Source: an uncultured virus (IMG/VR IMGVR_UViG_2844359394_000002)
Lineage: Duplodnaviria > Heunggongvirae > Uroviricota > Caudoviricetes
DNA length: 64,000 nt
Direction: 5' to 3' (one strand)
Virus record (IMG/VR): IMGVR_UViG_2844359394_000002
Below are positions 8,562-17,484 of this stretch, piece by piece. The translations under genes and the position numbers were made by a program. Under the pieces are notes generated by a model. The model saw only the letters and a list, made by a program, of their open reading frames with translations. It was not told the DNA's origin and ran no database searches. Positions within the stretch are counted from its first letter, which is position 1. Each line of letters begins with the position of its first letter.

Positions 8562-8644
8562 GGGCGGATATGTATATCGTTGGTTGAAACTGCGGTGAGG
8601 TGCACCAATATTCCGTGAGACCGGTTCGACTCCGGTTCCGTCCA
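8562..8644 (+). ncRNA. tRNA-like element 5 (acceptor and T arm only, G3.U70 pair)
   Basis: GGGCGGA/TCCGTCC-A acceptor; ACCGG-TTCGACT-CCGGT; no canonical D or anticodon arm. Confidence 0.65.
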
Positions 8645-8739
8645 CTAGCATTTACATTATGTATAAATCAGGGAGCCGTACACCCTTCAAAGCGTAGCCG
8701 TTCCATAAGGTACATTGGATTATTCATTTTCTTATTTTT

Positions 8740-8770
8740 CTGCCTGTACAATATCGTACAGGCAGTTTTT
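8740..8770 (+). terminator. Intrinsic terminator closing the ncRNA region
   Basis: CTGCCTGTAC-AATATC-GTACAGGCAG followed by TTTTT. Confidence 0.8.
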
Positions 8771-8778
8771 ACTACCTG

Positions 8779-8880
8779 AAAATGGCGTTAAAATGGCGAA
8801 GTTTCTGTTTGCTAAACTTGTCAATAACGATTACCTTTACTGATGTAATGAACTAAAAGTCAAACCATTAAATTAGAATT
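8779..8880 (+). promoter_or_regulatory. Repeated phage promoter element, copy 1
   Basis: AAAATGGCGTTAAAATGGCG, then TTTG-N20-TACCTTTA, then AAAGTCAAACCA leader. Confidence 0.8.
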
Positions 8881-9663
8881 ATGACAGCGAGAAAAAACAC
8901 TGTATCAACGGTTCAGAATGAAGAGAAGAAGAAAAATTCTATCAGACCGCTTCTAGCTTCTGAAATTGAATGTAGGGTTGGTACTATGAAACCGGACGGT
9001 TCGGGCTGCTCCTTGCTATTATACAAGGATGCTCGAGTAGACATGAGAATACTTGATGAAGTGTTCGGAGAAATGAACTGGAAACGGCACCATGATGTCG
9101 TTAATGGGAATCTATTCTGTACGTTGTCCATTTGGGATAATGAAAAGAAGGAATGGGTGAGTAAACAGGATGTTGGGACAGAATCTAGCACAGAAAAAGA
9201 GAAAGGGCAGGCTTCGGACGCCTTTAAACGTGCAGGATTTAACTGGGGAATTGGGCGTGAACTTTATACGGGTCCTTTCATTTGGATTCCACTTGAGAAA
9301 AATGAAATATATCAGAGCAAAACAGGTTCTCCTGCTCTATACACCAAATTCAGTGTAAAAGAGATTGGTTATAACGAGCAAAAGGAGATTATTTTACTTG
9401 TTATTGTGGACAATAAAAACCGCGTTCGTTTTGCTTATGGTAATACAAAGGAAAAAGTATATGCTCCCAATGTTTCTGCTTCAAACGCTTCGGGCAAAGT
9501 ATATACTGGTGTAGACCTAGATCGTGCAATTAAACAAATGACTGGTGTTAAAAGCCGCGAAGAGCTTGAGAGAGTTTGGGCTGAACATCCCGAACTTCAC
9601 AATAATAAGGAGTTCAGAAACATAACTATTGACATGCAGAAAACGTATCCTCCTAGAAATTGA
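8881..9663 (+). CDS. Sak/Rad52-like single-strand annealing protein
   Basis: LLLYKDARVDMRILDEVFG..NW and EKGQASDAFKRAGFNWGIGRELY motifs. Confidence 0.85.
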   Translation: MTARKNTVSTVQNEEKKKNSIRPLLASEIECRVGTMKPDGSGCSLLLYKDARVDMRILDEVFGEMNWKRHHDVVNGNLFCTLSIWDNEKKEWVSKQDVGTESSTEKEKGQASDAFKRAGFNWGIGRELYTGPFIWIPLEKNEIYQSKTGSPALYTKFSVKEIGYNEQKEIILLVIVDNKNRVRFAYGNTKEKVYAPNVSASNASGKVYTGVDLDRAIKQMTGVKSREELERVWAEHPELHNNKEFRNITIDMQKTYPPRN

Positions 9664-9668
9664 TAATA

Positions 9669-10583
9669 ATGATAGAATTAGTGAAATCCAGTGTGGTTTT
9701 CAATGAGGAAAACCACACTTATATGCTCGGTGAAAAACAGTTGCAAGGTATAACCGGTATGATTAGCCGGCAGTTGTTCCCTGACAAATATAAAGATGTC
9801 CCCGATTTTGTATTGAAGAGAGCTGCAGAGAAGGGTAGCCTTATTCATGCTCAATGCCAGTTTGCTGATGTAACAGGCTTACCTCCTGAAAGTATTGAAG
9901 CAGAGAATTATATCAGAATGAGGGTAAATGCCGGATATAAGGCGCTTGCCAATGAATATACCGTTTCTGATAACGAATACTTTGCATCGAATATAGATTG
10001 TGTTTGGGAGAAAGCCGGTAGAATTAGTCTTGTTGACATCAAAACTACCCTTCATCTTGATAAGGAGTATTTAAGTTGGCAGTTGTCAATCTATGCTTAT
10101 TTCTTTGAACTTCAAAATCCATTACTCAAAGTTGATAAATTGTTTAGCACTTGGTTGCGTGGTAATAAACATGAATTTGTTGAAATTAGCCGTAAGTCTG
10201 ATAAAGAAGTCAAGAAGTTAATGGAATGCGAGAAGAAGGGTGAGCAATATCTATCCAATCTTCCCGTTCCTGCCCCTGATGATGACAAGTTACTTATTCC
10301 AATGCAGCTTGTAAATACTATAATCGGGATTGAGGAAGAACTTGCAGATCTAACCAAGATTCAGAAAGATTATAAGGCAAAATTGAAAACTGCTATGCGT
10401 GAGAATGGTGTCAAGTCATGGGATGCCGGAAGATTGCGAGTTAGTTATACACCCGCTTCTACGAGTGACAATTTTGATACTAAAAAGTTTCAGGCTGACT
10501 ATCCGGAATTATATTCTAAGTATATCAAAACAGTTCCTAAAGCTGATAGTATCCGTGTAACAATAAGGGAGGATAAATCATGA
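9669..10583 (+). CDS. PD-(D/E)XK exonuclease, recombination partner of Sak
   Basis: FNEENHTY, GSLIH, ASNIDCV...LVDIKT, QLSIYAY motifs. Confidence 0.8.
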   Translation: MIELVKSSVVFNEENHTYMLGEKQLQGITGMISRQLFPDKYKDVPDFVLKRAAEKGSLIHAQCQFADVTGLPPESIEAENYIRMRVNAGYKALANEYTVSDNEYFASNIDCVWEKAGRISLVDIKTTLHLDKEYLSWQLSIYAYFFELQNPLLKVDKLFSTWLRGNKHEFVEISRKSDKEVKKLMECEKKGEQYLSNLPVPAPDDDKLLIPMQLVNTIIGIEEELADLTKIQKDYKAKLKTAMRENGVKSWDAGRLRVSYTPASTSDNFDTKKFQADYPELYSKYIKTVPKADSIRVTIREDKS

Positions 10584-11029
10584 GTTTAAACAAATTGATG
10601 CTTATCGGGCATGTTGGCAAAGACCCCGATATTAGAATTTTGGAAGCTGGTTCTAAAGTGGCCACTTTCTCCTTTGCCACCACTGAAAAAGGTTATACCC
10701 TTGCCAATGGAACACAGGTTCCTGAAAGAACTGAATGGCATAATATTGTTGTTTGGCGTGGTCTTGCCGATGTTGTTGAGAAGTATGTCCATAAGGGAGA
10801 CAAGTTGTATCTGGAAGGAAAGATAAGAACTCGGAGTTATGATGATAGCAGAGGAATTAAACGGTATATTACAGAACTTTTTGTTGATAATATGGAGATG
10901 CTTTCTGTTAAGCCTCAACAAGCGCCACCACCGCCACCTCTTCCGGAACACACCAATAATCAGACTCGAAGTGCGGTGAATGAGTGCCCGCCACCGCCAC
11001 CACCGACCAAGGACGATTTGCCATTCTGA
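10580..11029 (+). CDS. ssb: Single-stranded DNA-binding protein
   Basis: LNKLMLIGHVGKDP...TEWHNIVVW...KGDKLYLEGKIRTRSY; C-terminal DDLPF. Confidence 0.95.
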   Translation: MSLNKLMLIGHVGKDPDIRILEAGSKVATFSFATTEKGYTLANGTQVPERTEWHNIVVWRGLADVVEKYVHKGDKLYLEGKIRTRSYDDSRGIKRYITELFVDNMEMLSVKPQQAPPPPPLPEHTNNQTRSAVNECPPPPPPTKDDLPF

Positions 11030-11035
11030 TAGGTT

Positions 11036-11488
11036 ATGGAAGCAACATTGACGAAGAAAGATGGCAAAATCCAAATGGATAAGTCTTTCGAGTTCATGTG
11101 CAGCACACTTCGTAATGGAGAATACACTGTAACCATTAAGAAAAAAACACAGCCGAGAACATTAAATCAAAATGCTCTCATGTGGAAATGGTTTCAGTGT
11201 ATTGGTGCCTGTTTGCGTGAATACACAGGTGAAGAGTATTGGAGCACTGCTGCTGGAGTTCAGGATATACATGACTTGTATTGTAAGAAGTTTCTTGTGA
11301 AACAGGTTCATGTGAATGGTAAAGTGGAAACTATTGTGCGAGGAACAAGTAAACTTAATACTTTAGAGATGCATAATTTCATGGAAAGCGTGAAAATAGA
11401 TGCGGCCACCGAGTTTGGTATTACACTTCCATTGCCTGAAGACCAGCATTACTTAGATTTTATTCATGAGTACCAAAACCGGTACTAA
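11036..11488 (+). CDS. NinB/Orf-like recombination mediator
   Basis: RTLNQNALMW and TSKLNTLEMHNFMESV motifs. Confidence 0.6.
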   Translation: MEATLTKKDGKIQMDKSFEFMCSTLRNGEYTVTIKKKTQPRTLNQNALMWKWFQCIGACLREYTGEEYWSTAAGVQDIHDLYCKKFLVKQVHVNGKVETIVRGTSKLNTLEMHNFMESVKIDAATEFGITLPLPEDQHYLDFIHEYQNRY

Positions 11489-11506
11489 TTAATCCTTTTA
11501 TAATTT

Positions 11507-12175
11507 ATGATTGCAAATTTGAGAAACTACGAACCCGAGACAATCGAGTTTGTAGTTCCCGATTCTATTCGGGAAAAATTTCCCCCTGTTTTATTTCAGG
11601 GTTCTACGAATGTAGATGAATTGATAAAGTTGGTGAATGAGCATTTCAATGCTACATTCCCTGAAAGTGAGGTGACACAACGTTTACTGGATGAATTTGA
11701 GATTTCCGAAATTCGTGAAGAGTATTGCATCAAGCAAGAGAATGAGGTCCCCAAACGCGAACGTGAATTGTTGGAAGCCATTGAACGTGCGAAGAAAATT
11801 AAGAGTGATGCTCAAGACAGGTTAGCTTCTATTAAGACTGAAATTAAAGACCTGGCTGCCGAGGTCAAAAAGGGGACGAGGGAGTATCATCTTTCAAGTA
11901 AGAATACGATCCGGTTTGCTCTTGATGGATATTTCCTGTATTATTCATGGGTGAACGGTGAGTTTAAGCTTGTGAAAGCTGAAAAAATTCCTGATTGGGA
12001 CAAACGTTCTCTTTGGGCACAGGAAGATCGAAACAGAAAAGCGATGCTTGATTTGTTTGGTATTGAATATCCTGAAGTAGAACGTCCTATTGATGATACA
12101 GAAGATTATGGGGACAAGTTCGAAGAAGACCTGTCTGATAAACTTCCTGAAGAAGAACCGGAAGACGATGAGTAG
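11507..12175 (+). CDS. Hypothetical phage protein with acidic tail
   Basis: 222-aa ORF in the operon. Confidence 0.75.
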   Translation: MIANLRNYEPETIEFVVPDSIREKFPPVLFQGSTNVDELIKLVNEHFNATFPESEVTQRLLDEFEISEIREEYCIKQENEVPKRERELLEAIERAKKIKSDAQDRLASIKTEIKDLAAEVKKGTREYHLSSKNTIRFALDGYFLYYSWVNGEFKLVKAEKIPDWDKRSLWAQEDRNRKAMLDLFGIEYPEVERPIDDTEDYGDKFEEDLSDKLPEEEPEDDE

Positions 12176-12443
12176 ATTGCAGCACAAAAAAGGCAGGAAG
12201 TCCAACTATGTGAAGCGGCTTGTGAATAATCCAGATTGGGAAGAAGCCAAGCGTAAAGTTCGTATTAGGGACGGACATAAATGCCAGATGTGCGGTAAAG
12301 ACTTTAATTTAGAGATTCACCACAAAACATACAGGGTTAACGGAAAATCAATCGTTGGTCATGAGCTTGAACATCTTGATTGTCTCGTTACCCTTTGTGG
12401 TGACTGTCATTTGAAAGTTCATAAATATCACATCAAATTATGA
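12168..12443 (+). CDS. HNH endonuclease
   Basis: RDGHKCQMCG...LEIHHK...LVTLCGDCHLKVH. Confidence 0.85.
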   Translation: MSRLQHKKGRKSNYVKRLVNNPDWEEAKRKVRIRDGHKCQMCGKDFNLEIHHKTYRVNGKSIVGHELEHLDCLVTLCGDCHLKVHKYHIKL

Positions 12444-13597
12444 CATACCAGTTAAGAGACTACCAAAAAAGTGCTAGTGATGCAGCGGTCAGCGTTTTTA
12501 AATCCAAGGAAAAGAAAAACTACGTGATAGTTCTTCCCACTGGTGCCGGGAAGTCCCTTGTCATTGCCAATATAGCTGCACGGATAGACGGGCCGCTGAT
12601 AGTGTTCCAGCCTAGCAAGGAAATACTCGAACAAAATTTTGCGAAACTTCAATCATACGGCATATTCGATTGTGGAGTTTATTCAGCTTCTGCCGGAAGA
12701 AAGGATATCAATCGTATTACGTTTGCTATGATTGGTAGTGTGATGAAACACATGAGTTTCTTCAAACATTTCAAGCACGTTCTGATTGATGAATGTCATT
12801 TAGTGAATCCGGAGAAAGGAATGTATAAGGAATTCTTTGAAGATGAGCAAAGGAAAGTTATTGGGCTGACAGCGACTCCTTACAGATTATGTTCAGGAAG
12901 AGGTGGTGCTATGCTTAAATTTATAACTCGTACCCAGCCAAAGGTTTTCACTGATGTTATTTATCACTGTCAGGTGAGTGAACTACTTGCTAAAGGATTT
13001 CTCGCAAGTTTGAAATACTATGATATTACAAAGTTGGATTTAAGTAGAGTCAGGACTAATTCTACTGGTGCAGATTACGATGAAAAAAGTCTTCTGCAAG
13101 AGTTTGAACGTGTGGACATATACAAAGATATAGTTGGATGGACAAAACGTCTGTTGAACCCCAAATCGGGCATACCACGCAAAGGTATTTTAATATTCAC
13201 GAGGTTTATTCGTGAAGCTGAAAAACTGGCTTCCGAAATTCCTAATTGTGCGATCGTTAGCGGTTCTACTCCAAAGGAAGAAAGGGCACGAATTCTGAAA
13301 GGTTTTAAAGATGGAAGAATAAAAGTTGTTGCTAATGTCGGAGTACTTACAACCGGATTCGATTACCCGGAGCTTGATACGATTGTTCTTGCACGTCCAA
13401 CCAAATCCCTTTCCCTCTATTATCAAATGGTCGGTCGTGTTATTCGTCCCTGCCAAGGTAAAGAGGGTTGGGTTGTTGATTTGAGTGGGAATTTCCGGCG
13501 TTTTGGGCGTGTTGAAGAGTTACGCATAGAACAGCCTGAAAAGGGAAAATGGTGTATAATGAGTCGTGGCCGTCAATTAACCAATGTAGTATTTTAA
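12440..13597 (+). CDS. SF2 DEAD/DEAH-box helicase
   Basis: LRDYQ, LPTGAGKS, IDECH, GLTATP, TTGFDYP, QMVGRVIR. Confidence 0.92.
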   Translation: MTYQLRDYQKSASDAAVSVFKSKEKKNYVIVLPTGAGKSLVIANIAARIDGPLIVFQPSKEILEQNFAKLQSYGIFDCGVYSASAGRKDINRITFAMIGSVMKHMSFFKHFKHVLIDECHLVNPEKGMYKEFFEDEQRKVIGLTATPYRLCSGRGGAMLKFITRTQPKVFTDVIYHCQVSELLAKGFLASLKYYDITKLDLSRVRTNSTGADYDEKSLLQEFERVDIYKDIVGWTKRLLNPKSGIPRKGILIFTRFIREAEKLASEIPNCAIVSGSTPKEERARILKGFKDGRIKVVANVGVLTTGFDYPELDTIVLARPTKSLSLYYQMVGRVIRPCQGKEGWVVDLSGNFRRFGRVEELRIEQPEKGKWCIMSRGRQLTNVVF

Positions 13598-13602
13598 TTA
13601 TC

Positions 13603-14067
13603 ATGTGGAGAAATTACAAGAAGAAAGAAAAGAAAAAGCCTCTTTTCGAGGTAGAAGGTGTTAAGGTCAAGAAGAAACCTGATCTTGTCGATAAACTAGA
13701 CAGAATATTTAGTTTATTCATCCGTTATCGTGATACGATGCCTAATGGATATTTTCAGTGTATTTCATGTGGTAAAATAAAGCCTTTCAATAAAGCAGAT
13801 TGCGGTCATTACATCAACCGCCAACACATGAGTACTCGCTTTGATGAAATGAACTGCAATGCTCAATGTTCACATTGTAACCGCTTCATGGAAGGAAATA
13901 TTCAGGATTATCGCAGACGTCTAGTTGCCAAGTATGGTGAACGAAATGTGCTGATCCTGGAAGCCAAGAAAAATGTTACTAAGCAATTTAGTGACTTTCA
14001 ATTAGAAAAGCTGATTACTCATTACAAGGAAGAAGCGAAAAAACTGAAGGAAGCAAAAGGTCTGTGA
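13603..14067 (+). CDS. NinG/Rap-family nuclease
   Basis: FIRYRD...CISCG...DCGHY...TRFDEMNCNAQCSHCN. Confidence 0.8.
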   Translation: MWRNYKKKEKKKPLFEVEGVKVKKKPDLVDKLDRIFSLFIRYRDTMPNGYFQCISCGKIKPFNKADCGHYINRQHMSTRFDEMNCNAQCSHCNRFMEGNIQDYRRRLVAKYGERNVLILEAKKNVTKQFSDFQLEKLITHYKEEAKKLKEAKGL

Positions 14068-14102
14068 GTTTTATTACTAATCGGAGTATAATCCCTTAAA
14101 AT

Positions 14103-14915
14103 ATGGAAAGAAATTCATTCATCTTTTATAAAGGGTGGAGAGAAGCAATCAAGGATTTGCCGGATGATGTCAGGCTGGAGATTTACGAAAGCATAATTGA
14201 GTATGCGACAACGGGAAATCTTCGGGGGTTGAAACCTATGGCAAATATTGCTTTCAACTTTATAAAGATAGATATAGACAGGGATACTGAAAAGTATATG
14301 TCTATTGTGGAAAGGAATAAGAGCAATGGTTCTAAGGGGGGACGTCCGAAAAGTGAAAACCCAAAAGAACCCAAAGAACCCACAAAACCCACTGGGTTAT
14401 TTGGAAACCCAAAAGAACCCACAAAACCCGATAATGATAATGAATATGATAATGATTATGTAGATGATAATGATTCTCATTTAAAAAAGAAAGAAACTTC
14501 TCCTAAAGGAGAATCAAAGAAAGACGAGCTTTCTTTGTTCCCCGAGGAAAAGATTGATTGGGGTGGGCTAATGGATTATTTTAATTCCACGTTTAAAGGT
14601 AAACTTCCTGCTATAAAGTCCATAGATGCAAAACGAAAGAAAGCTATTAAAGCACGTGTCGCACAATACGGGAAGCAAGCTATATTCGATGTGTTCCAAT
14701 TGGTTTTAGACAGTCCTTTCTTGCTTGGACAAAACGATAAAAATTGGAGGTGCACTTTTGACTGGATATTCTTGCCTACAAAATTTACAAATATTTTAGA
14801 AGGTAACTATAATGGAAAACGAACTGATACTGCGGCCACAAGAAGAGAATCGGTTAGCAGTCTTACGGACCTCGCCGAAGAACTACTGCAAAGCTCTATG
14901 CCCAAAGAAGGTTGA
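14103..14915 (+). CDS. Phage replication initiator
   Basis: RNSFIFY N-terminus, NGSKGGRP, WRCTFDWIF...KFTNILEGNY C-terminus; internal iterons. Confidence 0.75.
   Translation: MERNSFIFYKGWREAIKDLPDDVRLEIYESIIEYATTGNLRGLKPMANIAFNFIKIDIDRDTEKYMSIVERNKSNGSKGGRPKSENPKEPKEPTKPTGLFGNPKEPTKPDNDNEYDNDYVDDNDSHLKKKETSPKGESKKDELSLFPEEKIDWGGLMDYFNSTFKGKLPAIKSIDAKRKKAIKARVAQYGKQAIFDVFQLVLDSPFLLGQNDKNWRCTFDWIFLPTKFTNILEGNYNGKRTDTAATRRESVSSLTDLAEELLQSSMPKEG
14358..14429 (+). repeat. Iteron-like AACCC repeats, putative replication origin
   Basis: Seven direct AACCC (14358, 14368, 14377, 14386, 14406, 14416, 14425) and one inverted (14394), followed by GATAAT-rich sequence. Confidence 0.65.
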
Positions 14916-15459
14916 AGATGTATTTCAAAGTGATGAACCTTCTATTGGCACTATCATAAGAAAGTTTGGTGAACCACAGGCTAGAGCAGTGCTGGTCATA
15001 TTGATAGCTGATGCCTTGGAGTTTTTCAATGTCAGTAATACAATGTCTGCTACCCAAGTTGCTACTACAGTAGATTTAATCATTGAAGAATATCCCTATA
15101 TGAAAACTGATGATTTTAAACTGTGTTTCAAGAATGCAATGAAAATGAAATATGGTGAAAATTACAATCGTATTGATGGTTCTATCATTATGGGATGGCT
15201 TCGTGAATACAACAAAGAACGTTGTGCTGTTGCTGATAATCAGTCATGGAATACTCATAAGGCTAAATTGTCAGGGGAAACGAGTTTTACAAGTGGCTTG
15301 TCGTATGAAGAATACCGGAACGAACTCAAACTTAGAGTTGAGCAAGGAGATGAAGAAGCTGCTAAAGCGTTAAGTCTCTCAAATGAAATAATCTCTTATC
15401 TAAACAAAAGAGAATATGGCAAACAAGAAGCAGAAGGTGACAATTTACTGGAACACTAG
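14812..15459 (+). CDS. Replication-associated hypothetical protein
   Basis: 215-aa ORF overlapping the end of the initiator. Confidence 0.7.
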   Translation: MENELILRPQEENRLAVLRTSPKNYCKALCPKKVEDVFQSDEPSIGTIIRKFGEPQARAVLVILIADALEFFNVSNTMSATQVATTVDLIIEEYPYMKTDDFKLCFKNAMKMKYGENYNRIDGSIIMGWLREYNKERCAVADNQSWNTHKAKLSGETSFTSGLSYEEYRNELKLRVEQGDEEAAKALSLSNEIISYLNKREYGKQEAEGDNLLEH

Positions 15460-15637
15460 GCATATCAAACTTGAAGATATTCCTGAAGTGAAAAGAAGAA
15501 TACGGGAGCGTTTTGGTATTCCTAATCACACAACTGTTAATGGTGAAACGGATTGTTATATCCGTGAGGAAGATATGGAATTGCTTCGGGAAACGGAAAA
15601 ACGTGGCTTCATTCAAATACGTAATAAGCCCGCATGA
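15416..15637 (+). CDS. Hypothetical protein
   Basis: 73-aa ORF. Confidence 0.65.
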   Translation: MANKKQKVTIYWNTRHIKLEDIPEVKRRIRERFGIPNHTTVNGETDCYIREEDMELLRETEKRGFIQIRNKPA

Positions 15638-15738
15638 AAATGGCGTTAAAATGGCGAAGTTTCTGTTTGCATAACTTGTCATTTTACGATAACTTTACTG
15701 ATGTAATGAATTAAAAGTCAAACCAATATAATTAAATT
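15637..15738 (+). promoter_or_regulatory. Repeated phage promoter element, copy 2
   Basis: AAAATGGCGTTAAAATGGCG, then TTTG-N20-TAACTTTA, then AAAGTCAAACCA. Confidence 0.8.
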
Positions 15739-17457
15739 ATGGAAGTACAAAACATTAGAATTGACCTTATCAGTCCTTCTCCTTTGAATCCGAGAAAGAC
15801 TTTTGATGAAGCAGCTCTTGAAGAGCTTGCAAGCAACATTGAAAAGCAAGGTTTATTGCAACCTATCACTGTCAGAGTTGCTAAATCCGAGGAGATGACT
15901 AACCTAGAAACCGGAGATGTTACCCCATTACCTTACACATACGAAATTGTTTGCGGTGAGCGTCGTTTCCGGGCTGTGTCACTTTTGAAAGCAAAGGAAG
16001 ATGAAGCGAATGTTGCAAAAATCAAAGCCCATCGAAAAAAGTCGGAAAAATTTCAGACAATATCCTGCATTGTCAGAGAAATGACAGATGATGAGGCTTT
16101 TGAAGCGATGATTACCGAGAATCTTCAAAGAAAAGATGTTGATCCCATCGAAGAAGCTTTTGCCTTTGCGCAGTTGGCTGAAAAAGGACGAACTTTGGAA
16201 GATATCGCTCTTAAAATAGGAAAGTCTACCCGGTTTGTTTTTGACCGTATTAAATTGAATTCTCTTATTCCTGAACTAAAAGAGCGGGTAAGAAATGGAG
16301 ATATACCATTGTCCGGTGCTATGATTCTTTCTAAATTGGATGAAGATACTCAAAAAGAGTTTCATGAGGAGGAGGAAGAACAATGTACTACTGCTATGAT
16401 TCGAGAATTTGTGAGTAATTCTTTCATGGAGCTTGGTAACGCACCTTGGATTAAAGATGATTCCGATAATTGGGAAAATACCGATATTAAATCATGTTCT
16501 CAATGTGAGAATAATACGTGTAATCATGGTTGTTTGTTCTATGAAATGAATAGTAAGGATGCTAGATGTATCAATGCTGCTTGCTATGAGAAAAAACAGA
16601 TTGCTTATGTGACGCGGAAAATTCAACTAGAATATGAACATCTTGTTAAAGTTGGCGAACCTCTTTCATTTGGAAAAACAGTAATTATCGCTAGACGTCC
16701 CGATACATATTGGGGAGAAGATAGAAAGGTTTTCTATGAAAAAACTTTGGAAGCTGTTAAACAACTTGGATTTGAAATAGTTGATCCTGATGAAATCTTT
16801 AGATGTAAGTGCTGGTATTCAGAAGATGATGAACGCACTTTGAAAATGCTTGAAGATGGAGAAGTTTATCGTTGTCTTTCATTTTTTGGACATTATTCTC
16901 CCGAATTTAACGTTAGTTTCTATTATGTTAGAAAAGAAACGGCTTCCTCTACTTCCGCCGTTGCCGATCTAAAAGAGATAGAAAGGGAAAAAATAAACGC
17001 CCAATTAAAAAGAGCGAAGGATATAGTCAAGGAGAAGTCTGCTGAAGAAATGCGCAAGTGGGCGCAAGAGAAAACATATTATCAGAGAACAAAAGAATTC
17101 TCTGAAAATGAACAACTTGTTTTTGATGTGCTGGTTCTTAGCGGTTGTAGCAGTACTTATCTTGAAAAACTGAATTTAAAAAAATGGAATGGTGAGAGTG
17201 ATTTTGTAAATTATGTCAAGAACAACCAAGCTGACCGACACCAATGGTATAGAGCCTTTATTGCTGAATGCTTATCATCGAATAATGTGAATTTCTACTC
17301 CTATTTGCAAAAGTGTCAGAAAATCCTTTTTGCAGAACAATATCCGGATGATTTCAAAGCGCTCTCTAAGAAACTTGCGGATTCATATGATAAGAAAGAA
17401 AAGAAGCTCAAAGAAAGACTGAAAGAACTAAATAACGATAACACAGAGGAAGCCTAG
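15739..17457 (+). CDS. ParB/RepB/Spo0J-family protein
   Basis: PLNPRKTFD...LASNIEKQGLLQPITVR, CGERRFRA, ENLQRKDVDPIEEA. Confidence 0.9.
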   Translation: MEVQNIRIDLISPSPLNPRKTFDEAALEELASNIEKQGLLQPITVRVAKSEEMTNLETGDVTPLPYTYEIVCGERRFRAVSLLKAKEDEANVAKIKAHRKKSEKFQTISCIVREMTDDEAFEAMITENLQRKDVDPIEEAFAFAQLAEKGRTLEDIALKIGKSTRFVFDRIKLNSLIPELKERVRNGDIPLSGAMILSKLDEDTQKEFHEEEEEQCTTAMIREFVSNSFMELGNAPWIKDDSDNWENTDIKSCSQCENNTCNHGCLFYEMNSKDARCINAACYEKKQIAYVTRKIQLEYEHLVKVGEPLSFGKTVIIARRPDTYWGEDRKVFYEKTLEAVKQLGFEIVDPDEIFRCKCWYSEDDERTLKMLEDGEVYRCLSFFGHYSPEFNVSFYYVRKETASSTSAVADLKEIEREKINAQLKRAKDIVKEKSAEEMRKWAQEKTYYQRTKEFSENEQLVFDVLVLSGCSSTYLEKLNLKKWNGESDFVNYVKNNQADRHQWYRAFIAECLSSNNVNFYSYLQKCQKILFAEQYPDDFKALSKKLADSYDKKEKKLKERLKELNNDNTEEA

Positions 17458-17484
17458 TGGTTTCCTCTCTTTATTGACGCACTT

